A stretch of DNA of 64,000 nucleotides from a virus. Its lineage: Duplodnaviria; Caudoviricetes. Location: IMG/VR virus record IMGVR_UViG_3300014205_000008, positions 1 through 64,000 of that record. The stretch is one strand, 5' to 3'. The notes under the pieces were generated by a model, which had not been told where the DNA came from, did no database searches, and saw only the letters and a program-made list of their open reading frames with translations. The position numbers were made by a program, and so were the translations under genes. This document shows, piece by piece, positions 8,300 through 19,400 of this stretch. Every line of letters begins with the position of its first letter. Positions within the stretch are counted from its first letter, which is position 1.

Positions 8300-9285
8300 T
8301 GACAGATAAAGAATATTTCGCAGATAAAGAATTTTTAACAAATACTATGTTAGGTTGGATTTTAGTTAGCCCACAATACTTTAAGAAACAAATATCCTTA
8401 CTTGGTTTAGACAAAGAAACTACTGAAAGATATTTCGTCTTTGGAGGTGCTGTACATTGTAGATTATTAGAAAATAAAGAATTCGCTAATAGATATTTTG
8501 TATCAGCCGCAAACTCTCCTTCTAATGTAGTTCAAAAGAAATTCTGTACATTACTATCTGTACATAAAAAAATAGATGATAAGTCTTTAGTTTCTGCTTA
8601 TAAGTTATCTTATTCTACTGAAAAGATGAAAGAAGAAGATATTTTAAAAAAAGCTAAAGAATTATATGAAACCTATTCTGAATACGTTTCAGAACAAAGA
8701 AATAAAGGTGACAAGATAGAGTTAACTTCTTATGAATATGATTCAATCCTTGCAATAGAAAGAAATATTCTTTTTAATGCTAGAGCTAAAGAGCTTTTAT
8801 TTTCAAAAAACGATACAGAGAACAATGAATTTATTATATTTTTTACATTTAGAGAAATAAAATTTAAAAGTAAAATTGATAGATTTATTATTGATGTTGA
8901 AAACAAGACTATTACAATAATTGACATTAAGACACACTCTCCTAAAAGAGAAGGATCTAATCTTCAGAAATCATTTGAAAAATCATTCTTTGAATTCAAT
9001 TATGACAGACAACTTTATTTATATACAACTGCAGTGGTTAGTCATTTTATAGAAAAATATCCTGAAGAGGATTTATCTTTATACAAAATAGAACAGAAAA
9101 TTATCTTAATAAAGGCAAACTTTGATAATGAAGTTCTTGTTATTAATTTAGATGAATCTATACTTAATTCTGGAGAAGAAAACTTCAATAAAGCGTTTGA
9201 TATGTATAATTATTACGAAGCTAATGGATATGATAAAGTATTCGGATTAAATTCTCAAGGAGAAATAACCCTTTTTAAAAAATAA
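8299..9285 (+). CDS. PD-(D/E)XK exonuclease (RecE/ExoVIII-like)
   Basis: FGGAVHCRLLE, KSKIDR, IIDIKT, YDRQL.LY motifs. Confidence 0.85.
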   Translation: MTDKEYFADKEFLTNTMLGWILVSPQYFKKQISLLGLDKETTERYFVFGGAVHCRLLENKEFANRYFVSAANSPSNVVQKKFCTLLSVHKKIDDKSLVSAYKLSYSTEKMKEEDILKKAKELYETYSEYVSEQRNKGDKIELTSYEYDSILAIERNILFNARAKELLFSKNDTENNEFIIFFTFREIKFKSKIDRFIIDVENKTITIIDIKTHSPKREGSNLQKSFEKSFFEFNYDRQLYLYTTAVVSHFIEKYPEEDLSLYKIEQKIILIKANFDNEVLVINLDESILNSGEENFNKAFDMYNYYEANGYDKVFGLNSQGEITLFKK

Positions 9286-9288
9286 AAT

Positions 9289-11895
9289 ATGAGCGAAAAC
9301 AATTTAACTGATTTTTTTATTAACACTTATGGATTTAAGTTAGAAAATGATTCAAAAGAAAAATTAGAAAAATTTTGTTTAGAATATTTTGGTGGAGATG
9401 AATTAGCTGCATCTGTATTTATTAATAAATATTCTGCAAAATATAACACTCCAACAGACATGCATGAAAGAATTGCCAATAATATACATCGTATTGAAAG
9501 TAAATATCCAAATCCTTTAAGTATTGATTATATTTTTTCTTTATTAGATAAATTTAAATATTTAATTCCTGGTGGTTCTGTAATGTTTGGATTGAATAAT
9601 TATAATATGCCTGTATCTTTAGGTAATTGTTTTGTAATTGGAGAAGAAAACGAAAAAGATTCTTATGGAACAATTATAAGACGTGATGAGGAACAAGTAC
9701 AGTTAATGAAGCGCAGAGGTGGCGTTGGCCAAGACCTTTCCTTCTTAAGAGGCAAAGGATCTCGTGTTAATAATGCAGCAAGAACCTCTACAGGTGTTGT
9801 TCCTTTCGCAGAGAGATATTCTAACTCTATAAAAGAAGTAGCTCAGGATGGCAGGAGAGGAGCTGGTATGCTTACTCTTAATATTACTCATCCAGATGCA
9901 TTAGATTTTATTAAAGCAAAAGCTAATACTGATAAAATTAATGGAGCTAATATTTCTTTAAAGATTGATGATTTTTTTATGAATTCTTTAAAAGAGGTAA
10001 ATGATATTTTTATTAAAAAAAAACTTTCTTTTGATGAGGCTAATGAAATAGCGGCTCCTTATTTTCGGAAAACATCGTCAGTATACGAACCCCGTTTTAA
10101 TAATGATTTTGTTTTTAATGAATTAATTAAAAATACTAGAAACTTTTCAGAACCTGGAATTTTATTTTGGGACAGGGTAGAAGAAGAAATTGATTCTATA
10201 CTTTATGATGAATTTTCTCCTGTATCTACAAATCCATGCGGAGAGTTACCCTTATCTCCTTACGAAAGTTGTAGACTAGCTTCATTAAATTTATACAGTT
10301 ATGTTGATAATCCATTTACAGAAGATGCTGAATTTAATTTTGACTTATTTGAAGACCATGTTATAAGTGCTCAACGAATAATGGATGATATTGTTGATTT
10401 AGAAATAGAGCAAATAAATATTATTCTTAGAAAATTAGGATCAGAAATAATTATTCCTAATTCTGAACAAGAAGATTTTTATACAGATGAAAAATATAAC
10501 GGAAGTATTGATGTTGAGATTTCATTATGGAAGAAGATTCTTTCTAAAACTGAAAGAGGTAGAAGAACTGGTTTAGGAATTACTGCTTTTGGAGATATGT
10601 TTGCTGCATTAGGAATTAAATATGATTCTAATGATGGTATATTTATGGCTGAAAATATATTTTCTTTAATGTTAAAGAATTCTTATAAGTCATCTATTAT
10701 AATGGCAAAAGAAAGAGGTTTTTTCCCGGCTTATAATGGCGGTGAACTTGTTAATAAAGATTTCCAAGTCAAAATGATTGATACGTTAAAAACATTATTT
10801 CATAATGAACCAGAAATTATAGAAATGTGGAAAATTTATGGAAGAAGAAATATCCAAAATCTTGCAATAGCCCCTACCGGTAGTATTAGTATTATGACTC
10901 AAACTACTTCAGGAATAGAGCCCGTGTTCAACTTAAGATATAAAAGACGTAAGAGAGTTAATGGAGAAGTTGATAAATCATCCAAAAAAGAAATTATTAC
11001 AGATGATAATGGAACTTGGGAGCTCTTTAATGTAACTCATCCTAAATTTAAAACTTGGTACAAGATTAAATATCCTGATAGGAAGCCAGATTCTCTTGAT
11101 TCTATGCCTGAAGAGTTATTTAAAGAAATAGTAAAAGAAAGTCCTTATTTTGAGTCTTCAGCACATGAAATTGATCCTATTAAAAAGATTACCTTACAAT
11201 CTATTGCACAGAAATATATTGATGGTGCTATTAGCATAACGCATAACTTACCAGAAGATGTAACAGAAGAGCAGGTTAAAAAACTTGCTTTGTACGCATG
11301 GGAAACTGGTTGTAAAGGATTTACTATATATCGTGATAATTCAAGAGGTGGTATTCTTATTAAAGATAAGAAACCGGCTTTTGAGAAGAACGATGCCGCT
11401 CAAAGACCGGAATCTATTGATTGTGATGTTCATCAAACTTCTATAAAAGGAGAATTATGGACTGTATTAATAGGTACAATAAATAAATCACCCTATGAGA
11501 TTTTTGCATTTAAATCAAATAACAACGCTAAACTACCATCTGGTGAAGGATATAAGTTGTCTAAAATTAAAAGTAAACAATATTCTCTTACTAAAAACGG
11601 TGAAGATGTAATTAGCAATATACTTGATTATTTTGATGCTCCAGAAGAAGAGTTTATAACTCGACTTATGAGTGGAGCTTTTAGACACGGGATGGATGTA
11701 TCATATGTCTATGAACAATTAGTTAAATCTAATGGATATGTAACTGATTTTTCTAAAGCAATAGCACGAATACTTAATAAATATGTTACTAAATCGCTTT
11801 CAAAAAAACAAGCGGAAACTTGCCCAGAGTGTGGTAATACTGTCGTCTTTTCTGGCGGTTGCGTCTCTTGCTCTTGTGGATGGTCTAAATGTTAG
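9289..11895 (+). CDS. nrdJ: Class II (adenosylcobalamin-dependent) ribonucleotide reductase
   Basis: NCFV, RGGVG, GRRGA, TNPCGE, IAPTGS, C-terminal CPECG..CVSCSCGWSKC zinc ribbon; no nrdB nearby. Confidence 0.93.
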   Translation: MSENNLTDFFINTYGFKLENDSKEKLEKFCLEYFGGDELAASVFINKYSAKYNTPTDMHERIANNIHRIESKYPNPLSIDYIFSLLDKFKYLIPGGSVMFGLNNYNMPVSLGNCFVIGEENEKDSYGTIIRRDEEQVQLMKRRGGVGQDLSFLRGKGSRVNNAARTSTGVVPFAERYSNSIKEVAQDGRRGAGMLTLNITHPDALDFIKAKANTDKINGANISLKIDDFFMNSLKEVNDIFIKKKLSFDEANEIAAPYFRKTSSVYEPRFNNDFVFNELIKNTRNFSEPGILFWDRVEEEIDSILYDEFSPVSTNPCGELPLSPYESCRLASLNLYSYVDNPFTEDAEFNFDLFEDHVISAQRIMDDIVDLEIEQINIILRKLGSEIIIPNSEQEDFYTDEKYNGSIDVEISLWKKILSKTERGRRTGLGITAFGDMFAALGIKYDSNDGIFMAENIFSLMLKNSYKSSIIMAKERGFFPAYNGGELVNKDFQVKMIDTLKTLFHNEPEIIEMWKIYGRRNIQNLAIAPTGSISIMTQTTSGIEPVFNLRYKRRKRVNGEVDKSSKKEIITDDNGTWELFNVTHPKFKTWYKIKYPDRKPDSLDSMPEELFKEIVKESPYFESSAHEIDPIKKITLQSIAQKYIDGAISITHNLPEDVTEEQVKKLALYAWETGCKGFTIYRDNSRGGILIKDKKPAFEKNDAAQRPESIDCDVHQTSIKGELWTVLIGTINKSPYEIFAFKSNNNAKLPSGEGYKLSKIKSKQYSLTKNGEDVISNILDYFDAPEEEFITRLMSGAFRHGMDVSYVYEQLVKSNGYVTDFSKAIARILNKYVTKSLSKKQAETCPECGNTVVFSGGCVSCSCGWSKC

Positions 11896-11932
11896 TAAGA
11901 TAAAATTATATATTATATCTATATTCTTTTCA

Positions 11933-12145
11933 ATGTTGATTCTTGGAATTATGTTTTTATCTGTTTTGCAAAAAATTGATAGAAAAGTATTAAATCTACA
12001 AAAAACAATAGATAAGAAAGATAGTATAATTAATGTTAAAGACTCAACTTTTAGAGAATACTTGAAAAAATGTATGTTTATTGATAAAGATCAATTCTAT
12101 ATTGATAAATATGGCAATGTTAAAGTAAAAACACTTATAAATTAA
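11933..12145 (+). CDS. Small membrane-anchored coiled-coil protein
   Basis: Hydrophobic N-terminus then heptad-like segment; start uncertain. Confidence 0.5.
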   Translation: MLILGIMFLSVLQKIDRKVLNLQKTIDKKDSIINVKDSTFREYLKKCMFIDKDQFYIDKYGNVKVKTLIN

Positions 12146-12184
12146 ATTTTAATTTGTAAGTGGTGATTAATAATAGTTAGTTTT

Positions 12185-12214
12185 GGGAGGAGTGTGGCAG
12201 CTTCTCCCTTTTTT
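12185..12214 (+). terminator. Rho-independent terminator
   Basis: GGGAGGAG-TGTGGCAG-CTTCTCCC-TTTTTT. Confidence 0.8.
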
Positions 12215-12226
12215 AAAATTTAAACT

Positions 12227-12469
12227 ATGACAGTAGACGAATTTAATGATAAATGGTCTAATAATTTAGAAGAAGGATATTACGGTTTAGCAATAAATCA
12301 TCCTAAAGTTATTAAATATTTAGATAAAGAATTTGAGGAAGAAGTAAAAACTAATCCTAACTTTACGTTTTCTCAGATTAAAACAAAATGGGGATATGTA
12401 AATGTTTATACAGATAGCCCAAACAGGAGTAAATGGGAAAATGAAATAACAAAACTTTTGTATGTATAA
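12227..12469 (+). CDS. Hypothetical protein
   Basis: 80-aa ORF, QIKTKWG motif. Confidence 0.65.
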   Translation: MTVDEFNDKWSNNLEEGYYGLAINHPKVIKYLDKEFEEEVKTNPNFTFSQIKTKWGYVNVYTDSPNRSKWENEITKLLYV

Positions 12470-13052
12470 ACCAGAAAATTTATATTTTACATCAGACATG
12501 CATTTTAATCATGCCAATATAATCAAATATTGTAGTAGGCCTTTTTCTAGTGTAAAATAGATGGATGAAACCATTATATTAAACTGGAACAATAAAGTGC
12601 CTCATGACGCTCATATCTTCATTCTAGGAGACTTTATGTTCACGGGTAATATAGAACTCATAAGAAACACTTTAAGTCGTTTAAACGGCTTTAAACATCT
12701 TATAATGGGTAATCATGACTATCAGAACAAATTTGATAGATTATCTGTAAGAGAACTATTTGCTTCTACACATGATTATTTATATATAAATGTTGAAGAT
12801 GAAGAAATTGGCGGTAATCAAGGGATATTCCTTTGCCACTATCCAATGCATGTATGGAATAATTCTGTAAGAGGTAGTTGGCAACTGTTTGGTCATATAC
12901 ACTCAGGAAAGTTAAGTACTTCTTCTGAACAATATATAACCTCAAAACTTTCTCCTGCTCAATATGATGTTGGAGTAGATAATAATGACTTTACACCAAT
13001 ATCTTATGATGAAGTAAAGACTATTATAACTAAATACTATTTAAGAAAATGA
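12462..13052 (+). CDS. Calcineurin-like phosphoesterase, interrupted by in-frame TAG at 12558-12560
   Basis: YFTSDMHFNHANII upstream of the TAG, in frame with LGDF, GNHD, LCHYP, GHIH, DVGVD. Confidence 0.85.
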
Positions 13053-13291
13053 AAAACAATCCTTTAAGAGAAGAATTAGATAAAAAAAAAGATAGAATTA
13101 ATTTATTCTTTAATACTAAATTTATAGGATTTTGTTATAAAGAGATAGATGGATTTTATGTTTTTAAAATGGGACATGGGGGATGTTGGAATGAATATTC
13201 ATTATCTCTTATTTTAGATAAACTTCAGAAATTAAATGAACCTTTTAATAAAGAGGTCGAAGAATACTTTAAAAAAGAAATAAAATGTTAA
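13049..13291 (+). CDS. Hypothetical protein
   Basis: 80-aa ORF translationally coupled to neighbours. Confidence 0.65.
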   Translation: MKNNPLREELDKKKDRINLFFNTKFIGFCYKEIDGFYVFKMGHGGCWNEYSLSLILDKLQKLNEPFNKEVEEYFKKEIKC

Positions 13292-13740
13292 AATATAATA
13301 CAAAAAAAATAATAGAAGTTCATGATTGGAATAATCTTGTTGAAGAAACTTATAAAAAAATTTATTCTTTTCAACAACAAGAAGGTTGCCAGTCAAGAGG
13401 GATTGTAAACATTACTATACCTTCTGAATCTTATGAAGATGAAATGAATAATAAAATCCCAGAAGTTATTAATAATGAAAGTGAAATGGGAGTCAAATTT
13501 GATATTTGGTTAAAAAGAGACCCCAAAGAACCCTTAAATCCTTCTAAAGAAGAGCTTAAAGAATGTAATTATTATCTGGGTAAAACAGAAGAGGATGAAA
13601 TAGCTTGGAAACAAGATCAAAGTCATATTAATATGTTTTGGGAAAGAAACTTTTATCCAAATTTACAAACTATAGCTAATGATCTCCACGAAAAAGGATT
13701 AATTGAAGCGGGAGATTATGGTATAAATATTGATTGGTAA
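13285..13740 (+). CDS. Hypothetical protein
   Basis: 151-aa coupled ORF. Confidence 0.7.
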   Translation: MLKYNTKKIIEVHDWNNLVEETYKKIYSFQQQEGCQSRGIVNITIPSESYEDEMNNKIPEVINNESEMGVKFDIWLKRDPKEPLNPSKEELKECNYYLGKTEEDEIAWKQDQSHINMFWERNFYPNLQTIANDLHEKGLIEAGDYGINIDW

Positions 13741-14517
13741 ATGGAAGGAATCAAAAACGATGAAAAAAAATTAAGATGGGATCTATTAGATTATTCTCAA
13801 ATTGAGAAAGTAGTTGATATTCTTACATTTGGTGCTGCTAAATATGCTGATCATAATTGGAAATCGGTTACTCCTTTTAAGGAGAGATATTTTGCTGCAC
13901 TAATGAGACATTTAGTTGCTTCTCAAAATGGAGAGAAGTATGATCAAGAATCAGGGAGATCCCATCTTTCTCATGTAGCTACAAACTTGCATTTTTTAAT
14001 GTGGGGAGAAGATAATCTATGGAATATAGAGAACTTAAGAATAGGACTTGACATTGATGGAGTATTAGCTGATTTTAATAATGCAGCAATGCTTAGGTTC
14101 GATATTAAAGATCCTAATTGGTGGAAATATTCTTATAAATTTAATAGTGGAGAGATATGGAAGCAATTGGATGTTGATAAAGACTTTTGGTTAGGATTAC
14201 AACCATTAACAGACCCAAGATATATGCCATTTGAGCCAACCTGTTATATAACTTCAAGAATTCATCTTGACTGGACAATGGAATGGTTAGAAAATAATGG
14301 ATTTGCTACTAAACCTGTATTAATGGCAAGTAAGAATAAATCAGATATTATTAAAGAACGAAACTTAGATGTATTTGTTGATGATAAAATTGAGTTTTAT
14401 TTAGACGCAAAAAAATTAGGTATTAAATCATTTCTAATGGATCAACCTTGGAACCAAAGATATGATGTTGGAAATGATAGAATTATTAGTTTAAACGATT
14501 TAAAATATAAATTATAA
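13741..14517 (+). CDS. DUF5664-type dATP/dGTP diphosphohydrolase domain fused to HAD 5'(3')-deoxyribonucleotidase
   Basis: GIKND.KKLRWDLL..GAAKY..HNW..AALMRHL..DQESG.SHL; then DIDGVLADF, ITSR, FVDDK. Confidence 0.8.
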   Translation: MEGIKNDEKKLRWDLLDYSQIEKVVDILTFGAAKYADHNWKSVTPFKERYFAALMRHLVASQNGEKYDQESGRSHLSHVATNLHFLMWGEDNLWNIENLRIGLDIDGVLADFNNAAMLRFDIKDPNWWKYSYKFNSGEIWKQLDVDKDFWLGLQPLTDPRYMPFEPTCYITSRIHLDWTMEWLENNGFATKPVLMASKNKSDIIKERNLDVFVDDKIEFYLDAKKLGIKSFLMDQPWNQRYDVGNDRIISLNDLKYKL

Positions 14518-14616
14518 ACAACTACAGAAAAAAAAGGTTTGTAGTGCTTAGTAAAATCCTGAAACCTTGAAACACCCATTAAGATGGCCAGTAGTCACTA
14601 TTTAGTAGTTGTTTAT
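14514..14616 (+). other. Structured intergenic element upstream of mazG
   Basis: Perfect 12-bp closing stem ATAAACAACTAC/GTAGTTGTTTAT plus internal pairings. Confidence 0.5.
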
Positions 14617-14630
14617 TTAAAAATTATAAT

Positions 14631-14957
14631 ATGGATATACAAGAATATCAAAAAAGAGCATTAGCTACTACTGAATATGGTAGTGGCAATGCTATTATTT
14701 ACCCTGCGCTAGGAATGAATGGAGAAGCTGGTGAGGTTGCAGAAAAGATCAAGAAAGTTCTTCGAGATAAAAAAGGAGAGTTTTCTGATGAATCTAAATT
14801 AGAAATTGCTAAAGAAATTGGAGATGTAATTTGGTATTGTAGTGCACTTGCAAATGATATTGGATATACATTAGATCAAATTTTTTCTATTAATATTGAT
14901 AAATTTGAATCTCGTAGATCAAGAAACGTATTAAGTGGAAATGGAGATAACCGATGA
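14631..14957 (+). CDS. mazG: MazG-like nucleotide pyrophosphohydrolase
   Basis: YPALGMNGEAGEVAEKIKK..EIGDVIWY..GNGDNR. Confidence 0.9.
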   Translation: MDIQEYQKRALATTEYGSGNAIIYPALGMNGEAGEVAEKIKKVLRDKKGEFSDESKLEIAKEIGDVIWYCSALANDIGYTLDQIFSINIDKFESRRSRNVLSGNGDNR

Positions 14958-15700
14958 AAACATTTGTAATTGGAGATATTCATGGTGCTTATAAAGCGCT
15001 TATACAATGTCTACAACGTAGTAACTTTAACTATGAAGATGATGAACTGATTTGTCTTGGAGATGTAGCAGATGGATGGAGTGAGGTTAGAGAGTGCTTT
15101 GATGAGTTGCTTAAGATTAAAAACCTAACATTTATACGGGGTAATCATGATGATTGGCTTTTACAATGGTTTAAGTTTGGTAGAACTCCAGATGCCTGGC
15201 TTACTCAAGGTGGTTATGCCTCTATTGATTCTTATATTAAACATGAGAATTATTTAGAAATAATTGAACCGCACAAGAAACTATTAGAAAATTCTGTATT
15301 CGCACATGTAGATAAACAACATAGATTGTTTGTACATGGTGGATTCAATTGGAAGATAGATAGAACTGAATGGATTGCTAATGAATTAATGTGGGACAGA
15401 CATGCGTTTGAAACTGCGTGTATGTGGGAAGCTTATGCAATTACACATCCAACAGATAAGAAAGATTACTTTAAACAGTTTGAAGAAGTATTTATAGGAC
15501 ATACTGCTACTAATAATAATGTAGGATTTAGAATGGATAAGTCTACTATTCCTTTACATGTATCAAATCTATGGAATATGGATCAGGGTGCTGGATGGGG
15601 GGAAGGAAAGCTTTCTATTATGGATGTAAATACAAAACAGTTCTGGCAATCAGACTCTGTGTGTATACTTTACCCTGAAGAGCATAATTCTAGAAAATAG
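14954..15700 (+). CDS. Ser/Thr protein phosphatase-like metallophosphoesterase
   Basis: GDIHG, GDVADG, GNHD, VHGG, GHT motifs. Confidence 0.9.
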   Translation: MKTFVIGDIHGAYKALIQCLQRSNFNYEDDELICLGDVADGWSEVRECFDELLKIKNLTFIRGNHDDWLLQWFKFGRTPDAWLTQGGYASIDSYIKHENYLEIIEPHKKLLENSVFAHVDKQHRLFVHGGFNWKIDRTEWIANELMWDRHAFETACMWEAYAITHPTDKKDYFKQFEEVFIGHTATNNNVGFRMDKSTIPLHVSNLWNMDQGAGWGEGKLSIMDVNTKQFWQSDSVCILYPEEHNSRK

Positions 15701-15711
15701 TTTAAAAATAA

Positions 15712-15743
15712 TTTGGAAATATAGATTATTTTTTGTATCTTTG
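15712..15743 (+). promoter_or_regulatory. Bacteroidota-type sigma promoter before the HNH gene
   Basis: TTTG (15712-15), 20-nt spacer, TATCTTTG (15736-43). Confidence 0.7.
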
Positions 15744-15759
15744 TGGAAAAGTATATATA

Positions 15760-16359
15760 ATGAAAAAAAGAGAAATAATTATATTTGAAAATGTAAAAGG
15801 AAAGATTTATAACTATTTAACAGTATTAGCTGAAGCAGCCCCATTTATAACAAAAGCAAGTTATAAATCAAGACGCTGGTTATTTAAATGTCTTTGTGGT
15901 AAAGAAAAAGTTATAAATCCAAGTAATGTATTAAATGGTTCTGTAAAAAGCTGTGGATGTAAAAGAAAATTTTTAATAAAGAAAGCTGTTGCTGATTATT
16001 ATAAAAAAGAATATGTTTTACCTGTTGAAGGTAGATTATATGCTAACTATAAAAGTCAAGCAAAAAAACATAGTAAAGAATTTAAATTATCTAAAGAAGA
16101 CTTTAAAACATTAGTTAATAGTGATTGTTACTATTGTGGGGAGATTCCTTTTTTAGTTAGGGGTAATAAAACAATGAGTATGACTAAACCTTTAAATGGT
16201 ATAGATAGATTAGATTCGTCTAAAGGGTATGTTAAAGATAATGTAGTCTCTTGTTGTATTATTTGTAATAGAGCTAAAAATACATTATCTGTAGAAAAAT
16301 TTAAAAACTGGTTAACTAAAATTTATAATAACTTTATTAATGAAAAATTTAACACCTAA
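15760..16359 (+). mobile_element. Free-standing HNH-family homing endonuclease
   Basis: C.CG..SCGC N-terminal domain; CYYCG..GIDRLDSSKGY..DNVVSCC..CN.AK; likely start ATG 15760. Confidence 0.85.
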
Positions 16360-16396
16360 AAATATACTAAAAACAATACAACGAATATATTAAACT

Positions 16397-16438
16397 AAAA
16401 AAGGGAAGTCGAATTAACGGCCTCCCTTTGTTTTTTTT
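16397..16438. terminator. Bidirectional terminator between the convergent gene blocks
   Basis: A6-GGGAAGTCG...CGGCCTCCC-TTTGTTTTTTTT. Confidence 0.8.
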
Positions 16439-16450
16439 ACTGCGTAAGAT

Positions 16451-19400
16451 TTATTTCAACCTTGTTCTATCATATGTACCAAATGCATGTACCCAAGCAT
16501 TTTCGTCTTTTGTATTCTCAAATTTCCTCATTACATCTTTATAAGAAGATAATAAAGGAATTGTTTTTACAAAGTTATTCCAGCCTCTTAAATCTCCACG
16601 TTTAGTAAATGCCGCATCTTCATTTCCAACCGCATAATTAGCCGCCGATGCAATCATTAACGCTCCATTTACAGTAAAGTCAGATAATTTTGCTATTGCA
16701 ACAGGGTTAGATACAGTTTTAGCTGTACGAACTAAATCAACTACATTATATTGTTGAGATAAGTTATCTACTAAATACATTTTAAACCATTTCTTTCTTG
16801 GGTCGTTCTCATCATCATCATCAAACATTTGTAGATAAGCACCGTATGTCCCAAGCAAGATAGCCATAGTTAACATAGCCTCTATAACGTTTTGTTTTTG
16901 TTCATCAGATAATTCACTCCATTTATAATCTTTATTGGCGGTACCTAATGAAAGCAACCTAAACATTACATTTACTAATGTTATGGCTCTGCCTTCTGTT
17001 AATTTTTGAATCCATTCATATACTGGGATATCTTTACCGTTTTCGTCTTTATAAACAGGTTTACCTTCTTTATCAAACATTTGTTTGTAATAGCCTAAAT
17101 CAGTCTCTAATCGTTTAGAATGGTATAAGTTTAGAATAAGTCTTGGAAAATATTTCTTAAGATGTATCATCATTTTCCCTGCTGAATATATTTCTATAAG
17201 AGCAGCCTCATCCTTTCTATAACCTCCTTGTAAGCGTTCGTGTACCTTTCTTATCTTAGCCTGTTCTTTACTATCAAGACCTCTTAATTCTTCAGTATAA
17301 GTAGATCCACCGGCTCCTTTCTGTATATATCCTCGTACTCCGCCATTCCATACTAATTTATATTCTCCAGTACCTTTACCATTTTCGTCTTTTATTTCTT
17401 CTGTATCATAAGATTCATATAAAGATTTACCAGTTACCTCATTCTTCATGCTAAGAAGTTGAGCAGCCATAGTTGTTAAACTTACAAACTCTTCTGGTAT
17501 ACTATGAAACATATACATAGAAGATTCGTTCATAAATTTATTTCTAGAGGATAACATGGTTTTTTCCATTTCAGCATAATCAAAATTATTACCAAAATAA
17601 TCAAATTCTTTTGCTAATAAGAACATTTTACTATTCTTCAACTCATTCTTAATGCCAGCGCCAATATAATCTTTAAAGTATAATCCTTCAGCCTTTACAA
17701 TATCTCCATATCCAAAATCTATACCGTTTCCGCTTATACCAAGAAGTTTAATTTTAGATATAGAGCCTTTCAACCCATCTCTATGTGTTAATAATGCAGC
17801 ATGAACACCGTTACCAGTTCCTTGCCAAGGTCTTAGCCACATAGTATTCATACTAGCCCATTTGGTTAAACCACGTATAACAGCATCTAAAGATACTTTA
17901 TGTTGTTCCCACCCATTAGGAGTATACATTGGTATCCTAACTCCTCTACTTCTAGAATTATGAATAACACTTTTACGCTGAATATCTTGCATAAGTTTTA
18001 AGTCAAACATTTTAGATAAATTCTTATATGCAGGTTGTCCTTCAGCAGTTTTTTCAACTTCAAGTTTTGCTTGTAAAGCTTTTCCTAAAGCATAAGTATC
18101 ATCCATGTATTTTTTATACTCTAGATTTTCTACTGCTTTAGAGAAGATTATTTCCATATTACGAGTATAGGCTCTACTGCTATCAATAAAACTATTCCCC
18201 ATATACTTAACTGGTAAAGCCTGATTTTCATCATTCCATCCTTCATATTGATATTCTCTAAAAAATGTAGCATATCTATATAACAAAGAACCTAATGTTT
18301 TTTTTGAAAACTTACCCTTAAGTTCGCTTCCTTTACCATTTCTTAAAATAATATCATCATCTGTAGGCGGAACTTTAAAAAAGAAGCCCTTACTCCATGA
18401 TACTTTATTCTTTTTTTCTTTATTAACATTAAATAAATCTAAGTGTGATAAATTTTTCCCGTCTATAATTGTGGCTGTTTCATTTAAAAACGCTCCTTGC
18501 CCATTAAAATAAGAACTAAACTCTTCGTTTACATAATCTAAAAGGGTTTTTTGAGACTTAGATAATGCATTATATTTTGCTTGTAAATCAGAATCTTCTT
18601 CTGTTGAAGTAAGTAATCTTTCTTTTGTCTGACTAGTTTCTTCACTTACAGACTGATCTACATACATAAATTTATATAGTTCATCAGAGTTTATAGCCTT
18701 ATTACCTAATATATTAATTATCTTATTTTTCTTTTGGTATTCTTCAAGAACTGGCCTTAATAAAGATCTAAATTTACTCTTTTTGTACTCAGCAGCTTTT
18801 CTAGCTTTATCAAGTTGTTTATCTTTAAATGCTTTCCAGGTTTGAACCATTGGATGATTCATTTCAGAATAGTTACCAATCCACATAGAGAGCCTGTCTA
18901 TATCATTATATAATATATCATTATCTTTTATAGAGGGATCTTTAATAAGATTATCAATTTCAAGCATTAATACCTCAGCTTCTTTTCTATCCTTTGGAGC
19001 TAATTCTTTATATATTAAATTTCTACCAGTAATAATTTTAAGTCTATCTAACTTATCTTGTAATAAATCTTGTGGTGTCATTTTACCACTTTTTATTTCA
19101 TCTACAACGGTTTTGTTATATGCTTGACTATATACACTTGGATTAAATATATTAGAATCTTCTTGCAAAAGCCTATCTTTAATTCCAGGTTTAAGCCCAG
19201 CTTCTTTTAATAGGATAGGGTCTGATAAGAAACTTTCAATCATCGGTATAAAGGCAGCTACATCTACAGCCATATCAGGATCTTTATTAACAGAATTATA
19301 TTCAGAAGGAATCCAAGCTAAATTTAAGTTTCTAAATTGAAGATTTTTATTTTTAGACCTTAACATTACAGCGTACAAAGCTAATTGTAATTTAGATCTA

